A stretch of DNA of 64,000 nt from Octopus vulgaris. Lineage: Eukaryota. Of the stretch, positions 12,390 through 25,895 are shown piece after piece. Both the position numbers and the translations under genes were made by a program. The stretch's first letter is position 1; every line of letters starts with the position of its first letter. The notes under the pieces are model-generated. The model saw only the letters and a list, made by a program, of their open reading frames with translations. It did no database searches and had not been told where the DNA came from. Location of the stretch: contig OX597817.1 in NCBI GenBank assembly GCA_951406725.2, positions 137,578,001 to 137,642,000 of the forward strand, written 5' to 3'.

Positions 12390-14655
12390 ACGATCCAATC
12401 CAATCTCATTATGGACCACCGATTGTACATCCTCAAAATTAAAATTGATACTAAAACAACATCAATAATAAATAGCATGAACCTGGCTGTCACAGAACTA
12501 ATAGCCAAAGAAACAAATGTCAATATGACCAGGCTAAATGATATCATATATGTAGCAACCTCTGTGGCCACAAAAGAATCTGGATACCTCTGTTAAACCC
12601 ATCCAAACAAGAGTATCACCAGCTCAAAAACCCCTGTGGATAAATAATATTCAGGTAAAAATAGAAAACACGATAAAAGATTCGTCAATCCTTAAAGAAA
12701 TTAGTAAACAATCAACACTACTAAGCAACAAGAAAAGAAGAAAAATATTACGTAAATACGAAATTATAGAACAAGGTTTACTGAGGTAAAAGAACAGCTA
12801 CAGCAAGATATCCTCGCCAAAGCACAAAGAATCCGCCGGTATGAGAAATGCCAACGTTTCTTTGAACTAAAAGAAACAGTTTAACTCCAACCCCAAAAGA
12901 TTCTACCAAGAACTTGGTAAAAATAAAATAGACATCAATGCAGCACCAACAGCAGAAGTGGAAGAATTTTGGAAAGAAATATGGTCGGCGAAGGAACAAC
13001 CTCAGAAAAGGACTATTAAAACAACGAACTCAGCATCTGAACAACTCTGGACCCCCTATATCAGCTGAAGAGGTCACCCAGGCACTACAAAAACTAAGCA
13101 ACTGGAAGGCACGTGGGAACGATAGGATTCCCCACTTCTGGTTAAAATACCTGACAGGAACATATAAAAAGCTGGCTGAGAAATTTAATGAAATGCTAGC
13201 AGAGCCAGAGACAATGCCTGAATGGCTCAAAGAAGGGAAAACTATCCTAATACCTAGATCCACTGAAAGAGCAAACCCACAAACTTACAGACCGATAGCT
13301 TGTCTCCTTACAATTTACAAAGCCTTTACTGTAATAATATCGCAGAGATTGAGCAAACATCTGGAAGAAAACAACCTGTTTCCAGAAGAGCAGAAGGGCT
13401 GCAAGTGCTCATACGGCTGTAAAGATCAACTAATGATCAATAAGGCCATAACTGAAGACAGCCGCAAAAATAAGAAAGGGTCTAAGTATAGCCTGGATGG
13501 ATTACTGAAAAGCTTTTGATAGTATTTCCCACACATAGATCCAAGAAACACTAGCCGTGAACAAGGTAGCACCAATAATCGTAAAATATATAATACATTC
13601 CATGAATAAATGGGAGACAGTGCTACAGCTCCAGACAAAAGAGGGACTCGTGAAAACCAAAGCCATCCCCATTAGAAGAGGAATATTCCGGGGAGACACG
13701 CTCTCTCCACTCCGTTTCTGCTTGGCACTGACACCTTTATCTTTCGTGCTAAACAGAACTGGATGTGGCTACAAATGTTACGGCAAAACAATCAACTACC
13801 TCTTATATATGGATGATCTAAAATTGTACGCTACAAATGATAAACAGCTGGAAACATTACTACAGACAGTACATAGATTTACCAAGGAAATAAACATGAA
13901 ATTTGACTTAGAAAAATGTGCCTAAGCAACCTTGAAAAGAGAAAAACTAGTTAAGAGTAGCAACATCACACTAGATAAAGCAAATGAAATAAGAGAATTA
14001 GACCAATGCCAGACATACAAATGCTTAAGAATCAATGAACTAGATACGATACAACATACAGAAATGAAATAGAAAGTTAAAAATGAATACTATAAACGAG
14101 TTAGATTAATATTGAAAACAGGGCTCAATGCGAAAAACAAGACAATAAGTATCAACACTCTAGCTGTCCCAGTTATAAGTTACAACAACAATATCCTTAA
14201 CTGGATACTAAATGAACTAATCAAAATAGAGAAATTAAGGCCAATAGGCCAAATATAGTTGTCAGAGATCATGAAGAAAAAAATGCTTTCTACTTGATGT
14301 ATCAATACCAACAGACGACAACGTTTCTCTAAAAGAAATTGAGAAACTTTTAAAATACAAAGACCTGGAAATAGAGGTAAGTAGAATGTGGAATCTAAAA
14401 ACAGAAACAATTCCTATCATAGTAGGCACATTAGGCATGATGAAAAAATATTCAGACAAATACATAACAAAAACACCAGGACTTAAAAATATATATAACA
14501 CAGAAAATTGCACTACTAGGCACTGCACACATCCTACGCAGAACACTTTCAATACAGTAACCATCAGAACATCACAACAAACCACAGCACATACCCAAGG
14601 CACACAGAGCTGCGCTCGGTAGTGAAGTGAAAGCACGCTATAAAAAATAAAACTA

Positions 14656-14660
<5 letters not shown>
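12390..14660 (+). pseudogene. 5'-truncated, frameshifted R4/Dong-like non-LTR retrotransposon (RT + restriction-like endonuclease)
   Basis: RT motifs YRPIACL, EEQKGC, GIFRGDTLSPLRFCLALTPLS, LLYMDDLKLY; RLE region RPNIVVRD...LLDVSIP...KYKDL...WNLKTETIPIIVGTLG; ends in (TAA)n; internal deletion near 14245 removes the CCHC knuckle. Confidence 0.92.
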
Positions 14661-14731
<71 letters not shown>

Positions 14732-14821
14732 GCAACAACAACCCTTACTACTTAAGGCACAAGGCCTGAAATTTTGGGGGAAAGGAGTAGTCGATTCACC
14801 GGTACTTAATTAATCGAGGTA

Positions 14822-14998
14822 GTAAATTTGAAGGAAAGTGGGTAAATGGATTACGTCGACCTCAATACTTGACTAGTACTATATTTCATCGACCCTCGAA
14901 AAGATAAAATGCATGATCCTCCTCGACGGAATTTGAACGCAGAACGTAACCATCCGGAAGAAATGTTGTTGAGCATTTTGTCCGACGTGATAATGATT
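14822..14998 (-). mobile_element. diverged SINE family A copy
   Basis: TTTCATCGACCCTCGAAAAGATAAAATGC...GGAATTTGAACGCAGAACGTAA. Confidence 0.7.
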
Positions 14999-16599
14999 TA
15001 ACTCACTCTGTGTCTTTTATTTGTCGCCGGAGTATCAGATGAGGCGAACATCACAAGAACAGTTTTCTGTGTGTGAGGGGTTTGTCTAAATAAATGAAGG
15101 TAAGAAAAAGAAAGGAGAGAGAGATATGAGATGAAAATAGACAAAGCACACGGAATATTTGGATACATGGATGATGCCATCTTCCTGAAACAGGAGAGTC
15201 TCCAACTAGGGCCATTCGAGGCAGACACGATATTATAGGGAACCTTGATGGTTTTGTTATTGAGGCAAATGCAGAAGACAGACAGTATTGATAGATATTG
15301 TTGACTGACTCTGGTAGAATGTCAAGAAATGGAGATATTTGAACGCAAAATTGTTAACCTCTTAGTTTAATGTAAGCAACTGAGACAGAAAAATAACAGT
15401 AGATTCACTGCCAGACTTTTGAAAGCAGTGTCTATCGTTTGTGAGATGTGTTGACTATTCCTTTGTGTATGTACATTTGTAGAATAGATTATCTTGCAAG
15501 CGCTAACTAACTGACCACTTGTGAAGTCAGTCTAGTAGTGATAAAATAGCATTCATGTATCTCTAATTTAGGGCATGATCTCTCTTTAGCGCGATCGGCA
15601 AAACCGAGACCTGGCAACCGATGTGTAAACAGTTCGAGTGTTGTTTATGAAATATCGTTAACATTTTATTTCAATATTCAATCGAAAATGGGGGAAAACA
15701 GACGCGTTTCTGGAAAGAAAGATTGGTTAAGTAGTTTGTACGATGTATTGAAGGAAAGAAGTAGCAAATATAATAGAAGCAGGGCTGTACAAAAACTTTT
15801 AACCGAGTTAACAAAGGTGGGATATGAGACTGCAGCTCTATCACGGGTAAATGCACCCTCGGTTCCAGCAGCTTCCACCGTGGAACTTGATCGCTGAAAG
15901 TTGTTAGTATTGGATGAAGGATATTTTACAAAATAGAAAGGAGTGTGGAACGGAAGATACGATAGAGATTCTACGAGGGGGTACAACCCTTTACTCCCCA
16001 CCCCACGATCTACTGCTTAACACTCACCTTTTTTTTTTTTTTTTTGTTTCCTTGATGAGGTAATTATAGGGTTTTTTTCTCGATAATTTGGTCTTTTATA
16101 CTTTTAATGTTTTCATCTCTTTTCTTCCCATGAAAATCTGTTGTTAATAAAAACAAAATCCGTTTTCAAAAAGTGAAAAGAGGTCCAGTCCTATTAAATA
16201 GTCTATTGAATAGTTATGAATGTAAATAGTTGTATTACTTATATAATTTAATAGGTTTGGAATTGAGCTACACAAGACAAACCATACGCCTGAGGCAACA
16301 AGCTATTGAAACGACAGTCATTTAGTGTTTCTGACTTAATTAGGCAAGCAAAAAAAAAAAAAGTGGGGAGGGATTACACAAAACTGTCCAAAAGCAGTTT
16401 AAGAACAATTTACTGTTTAATGAATGGCAATGTGCAACCAAGTATTTACGTTATATAAATACATACTCTTAGAAGCGTTGGTGTCCCCTATTGACTGAAG
16501 TTGTATCATAATGTGTGTGTGTGTGTGTGTGTGTGTGTGGACCAAACACTTGTGAATGGATTTGGTAGACGGAAGCTGAAAGAAGCTCGTCGTGACCGT

Positions 16600-16794
16600 A
16601 TGTATATCGTTGGCGATTTTCTTTCTCCGTCTTCCATTCCTTGGATCTTTCCTTTTCCTATGTTTCTGACGAAGAGCTCCGCTCGAAACGTTAAATACCC
16701 CTTCTTTCTTTCCTTTCCTGAGCGTCCAATAACACTATACTTGTTCCACGTCCTCGCGTTGTTGTGTTTTCTCTTTGTTCAAGTTTAGATTAAC

Positions 16795-16795
<1 letters not shown>
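16600..16795 (+). mobile_element. HHR-bearing pLTR-like unit following a SINE-B 5' half fragment
   Basis: Directly follows GGAAGCTGAAAGAAGCTCGTCG (16538-16593) and ends at (TA)n(TG)n; related to family H1. Confidence 0.65.
16661..16697 (+). ncRNA. minimal type I hammerhead ribozyme (canonical core)
   Basis: TGTTT-CTGACGA-A-GAGC tcc GCTC-GAAAC GTT-AAATA; helix III palindrome AACGTT, GUU site. Confidence 0.75.
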
Positions 16796-16851
<56 letters not shown>

Positions 16852-16865
16852 ATGTGTGTGTGTAC

Positions 16866-17093
16866 CATAGTAAGCACATAAATGCGAAACAAGATGGAAA
16901 AAATAGTACTCGAATACCAGAGGTAGAGTAATATGGTTTATTAAAAAGTAGTAAAAATATCACAAAAACTGTTACTCAGAGTTTCACGCTCCCATTCATC
17001 ATACAGTTTTGTTAAAAAACAAAACTGTCCGACGAACGGGAACGTGAAACTATGAGTAACAGTTTTTGTGATATTTTCACTGCTTTTTAATAA
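16866..17093. mobile_element. asymmetric fold-back pLTR-like unit with an HHR-like motif in each arm
   Basis: Inverted repeat 16938-17013/17018-17093; + arm CTGT-CCGACGA-ACG ggaa CGT-GAAACT atg AGTA-ACAG; - arm CTGT-ATGATGA-ATG ggag CGT-GAAACT ctg AGTA-ACAG; microsatellites on both sides. Confidence 0.7.
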
Positions 17094-17157
17094 TATATGT
17101 GTATGTATGTGTGTGTGTGCGTGCGCGCGCGCGTGTATATGTATATATATATGTGTG

Positions 17158-17199
<42 letters not shown>

Positions 17200-18420
17200 A
17201 TTATTATTATTTGAGGGAATAAAATCCAAACTTACAAGGAAAAATAATTCAATTTAGAAATACTAAATCAAATTCCACACAATATAATATATATATATAT
17301 AAAAATATTAGAAAATTAAAATAACAATAAAAAGTAAAGATTAAGTAAATTACTTTTTATTTTAATTTTAATTTCAACTTTTCTATTATATGTGAATTTT
17401 CTAGATGGTGTAATTTAATTAATAATTTTGAATTGATAAAAGGTGTTTTTTTTCTAATATATATATATATATATATTATATGTAATAAATATATAACTTG
17501 CTGTCTTAATGATTATCCCATTGAACATTTCGGTCACTTTAGAAAGGTTTACTATTGTGTTCTTCGATCATTCTAAGACACTTAGCTATTGTTTCTTTCC
17601 TTAAGTGAAGGTATTTATTTCTAATTTCTAATATTGTAAAACGATTTTGCCATAACATCGACTAAAAAATTATCTTTTGAACTAGAAAGTTGACCTCAAC
17701 ACATGATGGCTGCTGACTCTCCCCCCACCACCATTGTTTATGATTAAGAAGGAGTTGAAAATTATCGTACCACCCCACTCCAAATAATTATTCAGATGGA
17801 AAATTAAATCTTTCACGTTGGCATCATAACGGAAAAATGAAGATGCGGTGAATTTTTCTGATCTTTTCAGTTATGAAAGTTGTTTAGAACACTAATCCCG
17901 TCAGCTGCATTGGATCTGCCAATGTCTAAGTTCTCTACAATGGTATTAATTCCATTTGGCCTTGTCACAGATTACATTGGATCAATCTCAATATGTCAGA
18001 TATTGCTGAACACCTCGTCACTATGTTTTCTCTGAAATTATTAAGGTTCAAGTTTTGAGTTTTCCCATTCACCCTCCTCCTCCGCCTCCTCCTCTTCCTC
18101 CTCCTCCTCCTCTTTCCCACTACCCACCTACTCCACACGACTCTCTTATGATATGGACAATGGCTGCCCTTTCACCAGAAAACAGCTTTAGACCAGTGAT
18201 CTGTTGAAAGTGTTTTCTATCATCTTTTGTTCATTGGAATCATATGGAAAGTACTTTTACACTAAATTACTTTTGTAATTACGGAGATGTACTTGCATAG
18301 CAAGTGACCTGATCTGAGATTGTGTGCTTGGAAAGAAAACAATTGCAGCGTGGAAGATGTTTATAAAACCATTTAAAATCACACAAAAGCCGTTTGATTC
18401 ACTTCAACATTTAAATTTAA

Positions 18421-18472
18421 TTTGCCAAAATATTTTCATCGCTTCGGAACCGCGACCTCTTCAATGACAAAA
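18421..18472 (-). ncRNA. hammerhead-like motif (U3 variant) in a pLTR-like repeat at about 18275-18490
   Basis: Minus strand TTTGTCA-TTGAAGA-G-GTCGC ggttccgaa GCGAT-GAAAA TA TTT-TGGCAAA; 7-bp helix I, palindrome AAAATATTTT. Confidence 0.5.
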
Positions 18473-18903
18473 TTCCGTGCTGCATCTTTTACACAATGGA
18501 TCTTGGTGGAAATTTCACATCCTTCTTACAAACTTTTGGATAATGCATGAATTTCACTTCAAGTTCGGTTTAGTGTGTACTTTTATGCACCTATAAGGGC
18601 GTTATTTATTCAGAACACTCGGAGTAAAGGTTGTAACTCCATTAATTTGTATGGACTTTAAGTGATGAGTAACGTAGTACAGGTAGGCGAGTTCTGCTGA
18701 CGACTTGGGAAGATTCAAGGTCAGAGCTAATTAGATACGCAGCAATTATGGTGGACAATATTTAAGTTAGCGAATTAACTCCCCTTTACAGTTGGGTGTC
18801 AGAGTCAACAGAGGAAAGGAAACGCAAAATCTTAATAATCAGGTCATGGTATCATAAATATTGAATTTATTCGCTTATGTGTGTGTGGAAAAGTGAGTAC
18901 GCA

Positions 18904-18946
<43 letters not shown>

Positions 18947-18948
<2 letters not shown>

Positions 18949-19072
18949 GACGGGCTTCTTTCTGTTTCCGTATACCAAATCCACTCACAAGGCTTTAGTC
19001 GGCCCGCAGTGGGACTGAACCGGGAAACATGTGGTTGGTAAGCAAGCTACTTACCACACAGTCACGCCTGCG
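18947..19072 (-). mobile_element. SINE family B head (internally deleted)
   Basis: ACGACGGGCTTCTTTCTGTTTCCGTATACCAAATCCACTCACAAGGC...GGGACTGAACCGGGAAACATGTGG. Confidence 0.8.
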
Positions 19073-19096
19073 CGTGTATGTATATATATATATATA

Positions 19097-19309
19097 GAAA
19101 CGTTAGCACGCCGGGCGAAATGCTTAGCCGTATTTCGTCTGCCGTTAAGTGTTCTGGGTTCAAAATCCGCCGAGGTCGACTTTGCCTTTCATCCTTTCGG
19201 GGTCGATAAATTAAGTACCAGTTACGCACTGGGGTCGATGTAATCGACTTAATCCCTTTGTCTGTCCTTGTTCGTCCCTTCTATGTTTAGCCCCTTGTGG
19301 GCAGTAAAG

Positions 19310-19313
<4 letters not shown>
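19097..19313 (+). mobile_element. SINE family A, near-complete copy
   Basis: GTTAGCACGCCGGGCGAAATGCTTAG...GGGTTCAAAATCCGCCGAGGTCGACTTTGCCTTTCATCCTTTCGGGGTCGATAAATTAAGTACCAG...GTGGGCAGTAAAGAAATA. Confidence 0.9.
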
Positions 19314-19390
<77 letters not shown>

Positions 19391-19778
19391 CTCACATCCA
19401 TACATACGTATATAAATATGATTATACATACATGTATGTTTATGCATTTATCCAAGTCCATGTATGCATATATACACACGTACACACACACATATACATA
19501 TATCCATTCACACCTATCCATACTAAGAAATAGCGAGAGGAGGGAGAACACGAGGAAGAGAGTTGGGGGAAGAGGAGGAATGACAGTTGAGAGGAGAGAG
19601 AAAGATGGAGAGAGAGAGGGAGAGACGGAGACAAAAGGAAGAGATGATTGAGGAAGATGAGAGTGTATGAACAGTTGCACTCCGACATCAGACTGAATTT
19701 CCTGTCAAATATTTCAAGACAAGACATAAGAAAATCCAGGAATAACGACGCGAAGAAGCCTTAGTTTTCAATATGAGA

Positions 19779-19847
<69 letters not shown>

Positions 19848-20063
19848 CGCGTTTGTTAACGATGTGGGAAACAGTATGATGAATCTTGACACTGTAATGT
19901 ATCGGCTGAAAAGTCAACTTCTCTCCAAAATACGTTATCTATATTTATTTTATTTATTTATTTATTTATTTATTTATCTAGCTGTCTATCTATTTATCTA
20001 TCTGTCTGTCTGTTAATATATATATATATGTATATCAAAATAAGCAACAAGGATATCCAAGGT

Positions 20064-20155
20064 AGTGTAGTACAATCGTTTCATGCTACTTCATTTAATT
20101 AAACAACGTAAGTATTACATCAGTTTTTAAAATGTAGAGCACTCTTCAGTCACAT
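20064..20155 (-). ncRNA. hammerhead-like motif with long helix II loop in a (TA)n-adjacent pLTR-like unit
   Basis: Minus strand CTGAAGA-GTGCT...(about 50 nt)...AGCAT-GAAAC gatt GTA; helix I poorly paired. Confidence 0.5.
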
Positions 20156-20307
20156 ATAGAATTATTTAATCAAATAGACAATGTTCATTTCTATACTTAT
20201 TCCATTTGCCAACATTACAAAGAGGGTAGATATATAGTCGGAGAGGTTAATTTCATCATTAAGAACATTAAGTCGTGGGGCTGGAATCTGTAATTGGGAA
20301 TGTCACA

Positions 20308-20514
20308 GTTTCAGTCATTTGACTGCGGCCATGCTGTAGCACCGCCTTTAGCCTGAACGAATCGACCCCAACGCTCATGCTTTGTAAGCCTGGTACTTAT
20401 TCTATCAGTCTGTTTTGCTGAACCGATAAGTTACGAGGCATGCTGACACACCAACGTTGATTGTAAAGCGATGGAGGGGTGACAAACACAAACACACAAA
20501 CATACACACACACA

Positions 20515-20564
<50 letters not shown>

Positions 20565-20692
20565 CATATACGATGGGCTTCTTTCAGTTTCCGTCTACCA
20601 AATACATTCAAAAGGCTTTGGTCGGCCCGAAGCTATAGTACAAAAGATTTGCCAAAGGTGCCACGCAGTCGGACTGAACCCGGAACCATGTA
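20308..20692 (-). mobile_element. SINE family B copy
   Basis: Colinear with the reverse complement of 55947-56380, including internal (CA)n(TA)n. Confidence 0.9.
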
Positions 20693-20712
20693 GCAAGCTT
20701 TGTGTAGGTACA

Positions 20713-20872
20713 TATGGTAAGTAGCTTGCTTCCCAACCACATAGTTCCGTGTTCAGTCCCACTTCGTGGCACTTTGGGCTAGTGTCTTCTACTATAGCCT
20801 CGGGCCACCGACCAAAGCCTTGTGACTGGATTTGGTAGACAGAAACTGAAAGAAGCCCGTCGTATATATATA

Positions 20873-20924
<52 letters not shown>

Positions 20925-21122
20925 TGTTTGTCCCCCAACCATTGTTCGACAACCGATGTTGGTGTGTTTACATCCTCGTAACTTAGTGGTTCGGCAAAAG
21001 AGACCGATAGAATATGTATTAGGCTTACAAAGAATAAGACCAGGGGTCGATTTGTTCGACTAAAGGCCGTACTCCAGTATGGCCGCAGTCAAATGACTGA
21101 AACAAATAAAAGAATAAAAGAA
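20713..21122 (+). mobile_element. SINE family B copy
   Basis: TGGTAAGTAGCTTGCTTCCCAACCACATAGTTCCGTGTTCAGTCCC...AAATGACTGAAACAAATAAAAGAATAAAAGAA. Confidence 0.9.
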
Positions 21123-21241
21123 TATGTATTTATAAGGACACACGAGTGTGTGACGAGGTCAAATCAGACACTGATTCGTAATTCAACCAAAGACGCTCGC
21201 CTTTCCCAACTTGTCTGCGATGTTTTGTCAATCACCGATTT

Positions 21242-21368
<127 letters not shown>

Positions 21369-21384
21369 TAATATTGATAATGGT

Positions 21385-21558
21385 AATCCATTCTACTATA
21401 GACGCAAGGCCTGAAGTTTTGGGGAGGGGTAAGTTGATAACATCGACCCAGTACTCAACTGGTACTTATTTTATAAATCCCGAAAAAATGAAAGGCAAAA
21501 TCGGTCTGAGCCGAATCTTGAACTGTGATTATAAAACCGGGCGGCATGCCACTAAGCT
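21385..21558 (-). mobile_element. diverged SINE family A copy
   Basis: CATCGACCCAGTACTCAACTGGTACTTATTTT...TGAAAGGCAAAATCG; abuts (TAA)n. Confidence 0.7.
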
Positions 21559-21724
21559 TTATTTTCCACAAGGGAGTCCACAGGGCACATCACAAGGCAC
21601 AAGATCAGGTTACATAAAGTGTGGGTGTTTACAAACATTGATATAAATAACAAGTCAGTCAAGTTGATTTATCAACATAATTCAATGTCATATCATTGGT
21701 TGATGTGATATGGTGATTTATTTA

Positions 21725-21832
21725 AGCATCAAGATAACATTTACGCACCCAGGGCTATCAAGGTGACATTTGCACATCACAGGGATGTGAAGGTGATGTT
21801 TACAAACCGCAGAAACTTCAAGGTGACATTCT
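21725..21832. repeat. degenerate about 30-bp minisatellite, about 4 units
   Basis: TCAAGGTGACATTT-like motif recurs every 30 bp. Confidence 0.65.
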
Positions 21833-21924
21833 GTAAAAAGTTCTCAATCGGTGTGGAAGCAGAAACAAGGCCAACTCTCCGACATTTTTGTTAAAATCTA
21901 ACCATATAATTAAAGAACATTTTG

Positions 21925-22200
21925 TTCGACCAGCTAGAAATAGCTACCAAATCATGCCTTATCGTCTTAAGGAGAAAGGACATAATGAATACTATAATCT
22001 AGAAATATAGATGGTTAGTCATGGCTAGAACGTCTTTGATCATAAGTGTGTTCGAACGTGAAGAAATAATCTGGAATAAAACTTTACCCAAATCTAAAGT
22101 GGGACACTGGATAATGTAGTCCTTGATAGACAAGGGACTAAGTAAAAGGCAGATTGATTCATGGGTGGGACATCGTAGGTTATAGGTTTACAGGATCAGG
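21925..22200 (+). repeat. old interspersed repeat (family D), two degenerate pieces
   Basis: GCTAGAAATAGCTACCAAAT...GGATAATGTAGTCC...GTCATGGCTAGAA motifs recur at about 33550-33630, 39190-39360(-), 45680-45845 and 63810-63990. Confidence 0.55.
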
Positions 22201-23369
22201 ATCAGATCAAACCCCAGCAGCGACAAACAACAATGGCGACAAACAGCAATGGCGACTAACAACAATGGCGACAACATAAATATTTCAGCGACAGAAGGGT
22301 AAAACTGGTCCATTAACCAGTTAAAGAAAGTTTGTGATTCTATAATGACTAAAGTATCTAAAGATTAGGGACTGGAAATATTAGCAAAGTGCCAGCAATT
22401 GGTGTATTGTGATTTATAGGGTAAAAACTTTAACGACAGATAAACGAGGGCACTTGAGCTGGCAATAAACGTTGTCCCAATGTAACATTAGAAGCCAGTT
22501 TCTGTTGCTGACATTGTACTCTGTCAACTGGGGTAAAGTGTTAAATAACAATAATAAGCCGCCATAAAACTACCACAAATATCAGCATTTAGAAACAATT
22601 TCAACCTGTTTCATAACCACAGATATTTATTCACATAACGTAATGCCACAAAACAATCTGTCGTTTGAACAGCTCAATCTCCCTAGAATTACAACTTAAA
22701 GGTTGAAAAAAATAAACGGGTCGATTTTCATGAGATGTCGTCTGGTTTAACAACAGCAACACCAAATACTCTGAGCGTCTGTAAAGAAGCGAGCATTCTG
22801 GTCAGGTCTTAGGATTGAGAATATTTCCTTCTCTTAGTCCCAACGATCGTATAGGAACTGTAACAGTTCAAAAACTTCCTTTCGTCACGGGAAAAAAATG
22901 ATTCACCTCAGAAAGATGAAAAACGAAGATGGGGGTACAAACTTATAATTTCAACGAAAATTATTAATACTTGCTACAAAGTCCTATTCCCAACTAAACT
23001 TTGCATCCAAACTCCTTCGCATTAAATACGGCAAAGCATAAATTCCTACGCAATGCCAAGCCAGTTCTTCCATTTACTGTCCTTCACAACTCGCAATAAA
23101 AATATTATTATTGAGGAAATGCATAATTAATTGCGAATCTCAAAATAGTTATTTAAAATAGTGAGAACAATATGGTTTTCATGCAGATGTTTATTGGTGC
23201 TACCAGAATACGTAGTTTGGAATCTAACCAAAATTTAATACAATAGACCACAACACATGGAACCTATTTAAAATATATACGTCACATACTTCGCCATAAA
23301 ACAGTGGCACTTTATATTCGACATAGAGAACTAGGGAGTAGCGCATTTAATTTATAGAATATTAACGTC

Positions 23370-23478
<109 letters not shown>

Positions 23479-23917
23479 TGTGTATACGCATGTATATATA
23501 TATATATATACACATGTATTATATATCTATATATATATACATATATATATATATACACACGTACATACACACACATGTACACACACATGCACACACACAC
23601 ACACACACGCACACCCATATATATATGTATATATATAAAGACATCATAAAGAAGAGAATGGAGAATTACACATCATCAAAATGTGTTTATTACAGTATTT
23701 CCTCATGAAATTCACGTGAGATTCCAGCCTGACACGTGTTTCTGCTGCGTAAATGTCCCAAGTACAGAGTCGTCCAGGGTAGACATTCCTATGCCGTTTT
23801 GTTCAAGGTTTTACCATGCGAGTAGGTGAACTGACCTCTTGTTTCCTATCATTTGACCTGGTCAGCAAGATCTGTTTTATATTAGAATGCTAATAAGATA
23901 TCTGCCCGCATTCCAAA

Positions 23918-23959
<42 letters not shown>

Positions 23960-24001
23960 ACCCTCTCTCTCTCTCTGTCTCCCTCTCTCTCTCTGTCTCT
24001 T

Positions 24002-24049
<48 letters not shown>

Positions 24050-24939
24050 ACATTTCAAAGAGGCCAGCCAGAGCAATTAAATTTCGTTGCAAAATATAAC
24101 GATCAAAAAGATAAGCTGTGAGAAAGGAAACGTATGTAAAGATTCGGGTTAGATTTAATTAGTGTGAATTGTAATTAGTTAATCTGGGTTACATTAATTA
24201 AGCGAAGTTCAATTAGTTAAGCTGACAAAACGGGCAATGGAAGTTGAAAAGCCAAATGTGAGGACGCGATTGGTTGGTAAAGATACCATCGAATGGGTTT
24301 CTATGAAATTGCACGACTTGCTATAAACAGTAGCCAAATATTGCATAAATGACTTTGTACCCACTTAGAAAAAGAGTGACACATTTGATAATGATGTCCT
24401 ACATACATAATGCATAAGTACAAGATGTGTTGGTCATGGCTGGAACGCCAGGGCAGATATCTAGTTACGCAACAACAAATGTTATCATAAAATAAAAATA
24501 ACAATGACGACGATGACGACGACGATGACGATGATGATGATGATGATGATGATGACGATGACGATCATGATGATGATGATGATGACGATCATGATGATGA
24601 CGATGACGATGATGATGATGATGATGATGATGATTAAACATGTGAATAAGAATGATAAGTACAATGACATCATAAGCAGAATTATCTAATTTTTGCTCGC
24701 AAAATGCTTTCCCTCCCCCAACTCTTCCTCCTCCTCCTTCTCCTCCTCCTTTCCTTCCGCTTACGCTACCACCACCACCACCGCCACCTGCGCCACCACT
24801 ATCAACATCACATACTTTATTATGATGCCTTCACCCATTACCAAATTACATCGGAATGTAATAAAGTTATTTACATAAAAACACTAAACACACACACACA
24901 CACAACACACACGCACACACACACACACATCATGCACTC

Positions 24940-25066
24940 ATACATGCATTGACACATATACATATTTATATGTGTAAGTGTGTGTATGTATGTGTGTGTG
25001 TATGTATATATATATATATGTACGTCTTTCACTGTTTGAGTTGCATAATAGTGGTTTTATCTCTAA

Positions 25067-25122
<56 letters not shown>

Positions 25123-25479
25123 TTGTGTGTATATCTATATATATATATGTGTATATATGTACACATATATACATACATACATTTATATATACATATATAT
25201 ATATATATATGTATATATGCATATTTATATATATATATATATATATATATACATAAAATATGTGTACAGATAGTTATGCGTGTATGTATGTGCTATCGTA
25301 TTTTGCATGAATGTTTGCATGTATATGTGTATGTATGCACATATACATATATATACATATATATATATGCATATATGCACATGTATGTATACATACATAT
25401 ATATACATACGTACATATATATATGTATGCATATATACATATATATATACATACGTACATATATATATATGTATGTATG

Positions 25480-25514
<35 letters not shown>

Positions 25515-25632
25515 GCACATATATATATGTATGTATGTATGTATGCATGTATGTATGTATGTATGTATGTATGTATGTATGTATGTATGTATGTATGTAT
25601 GTATATATATGAGTGTGTATGTACGTATGTAT
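24940..25632. repeat. compound (TA)/(TG)/(TATG)n microsatellite field
   Basis: Read directly from the sequence. Confidence 0.9.
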
Positions 25633-25857
25633 ACAAAGGCTGCGTGTGAGTAAGCCTAAAGAGAGGCGAATGACGTGGATGTCATCTCCAATAATGATCG
25701 TCAACCATTAATTTCGAGATAACACTGCTGGGTCAAGTTATTTTCGTTTTTACCCAAACATTCACACTTAGTCAACAGAAAAAGCGCAGAAAGTTAAACA
25801 ATGTGTCTCTCTTTAGGAATATCTGTTTATCACACCTACGTATGATATACACACGCT

Positions 25858-25895
<38 letters not shown>

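Noticed and set aside
15688-15897. 69-aa non-repetitive ORF with ATG
   Set aside because: No recognisable motif or splice context; length compatible with chance
23725-23810. Minus-strand GAAACACGTGTC palindrome with hairpin, HHR-like
   Set aside because: The CUGANGA box cannot be placed cleanly; at best a decayed copy
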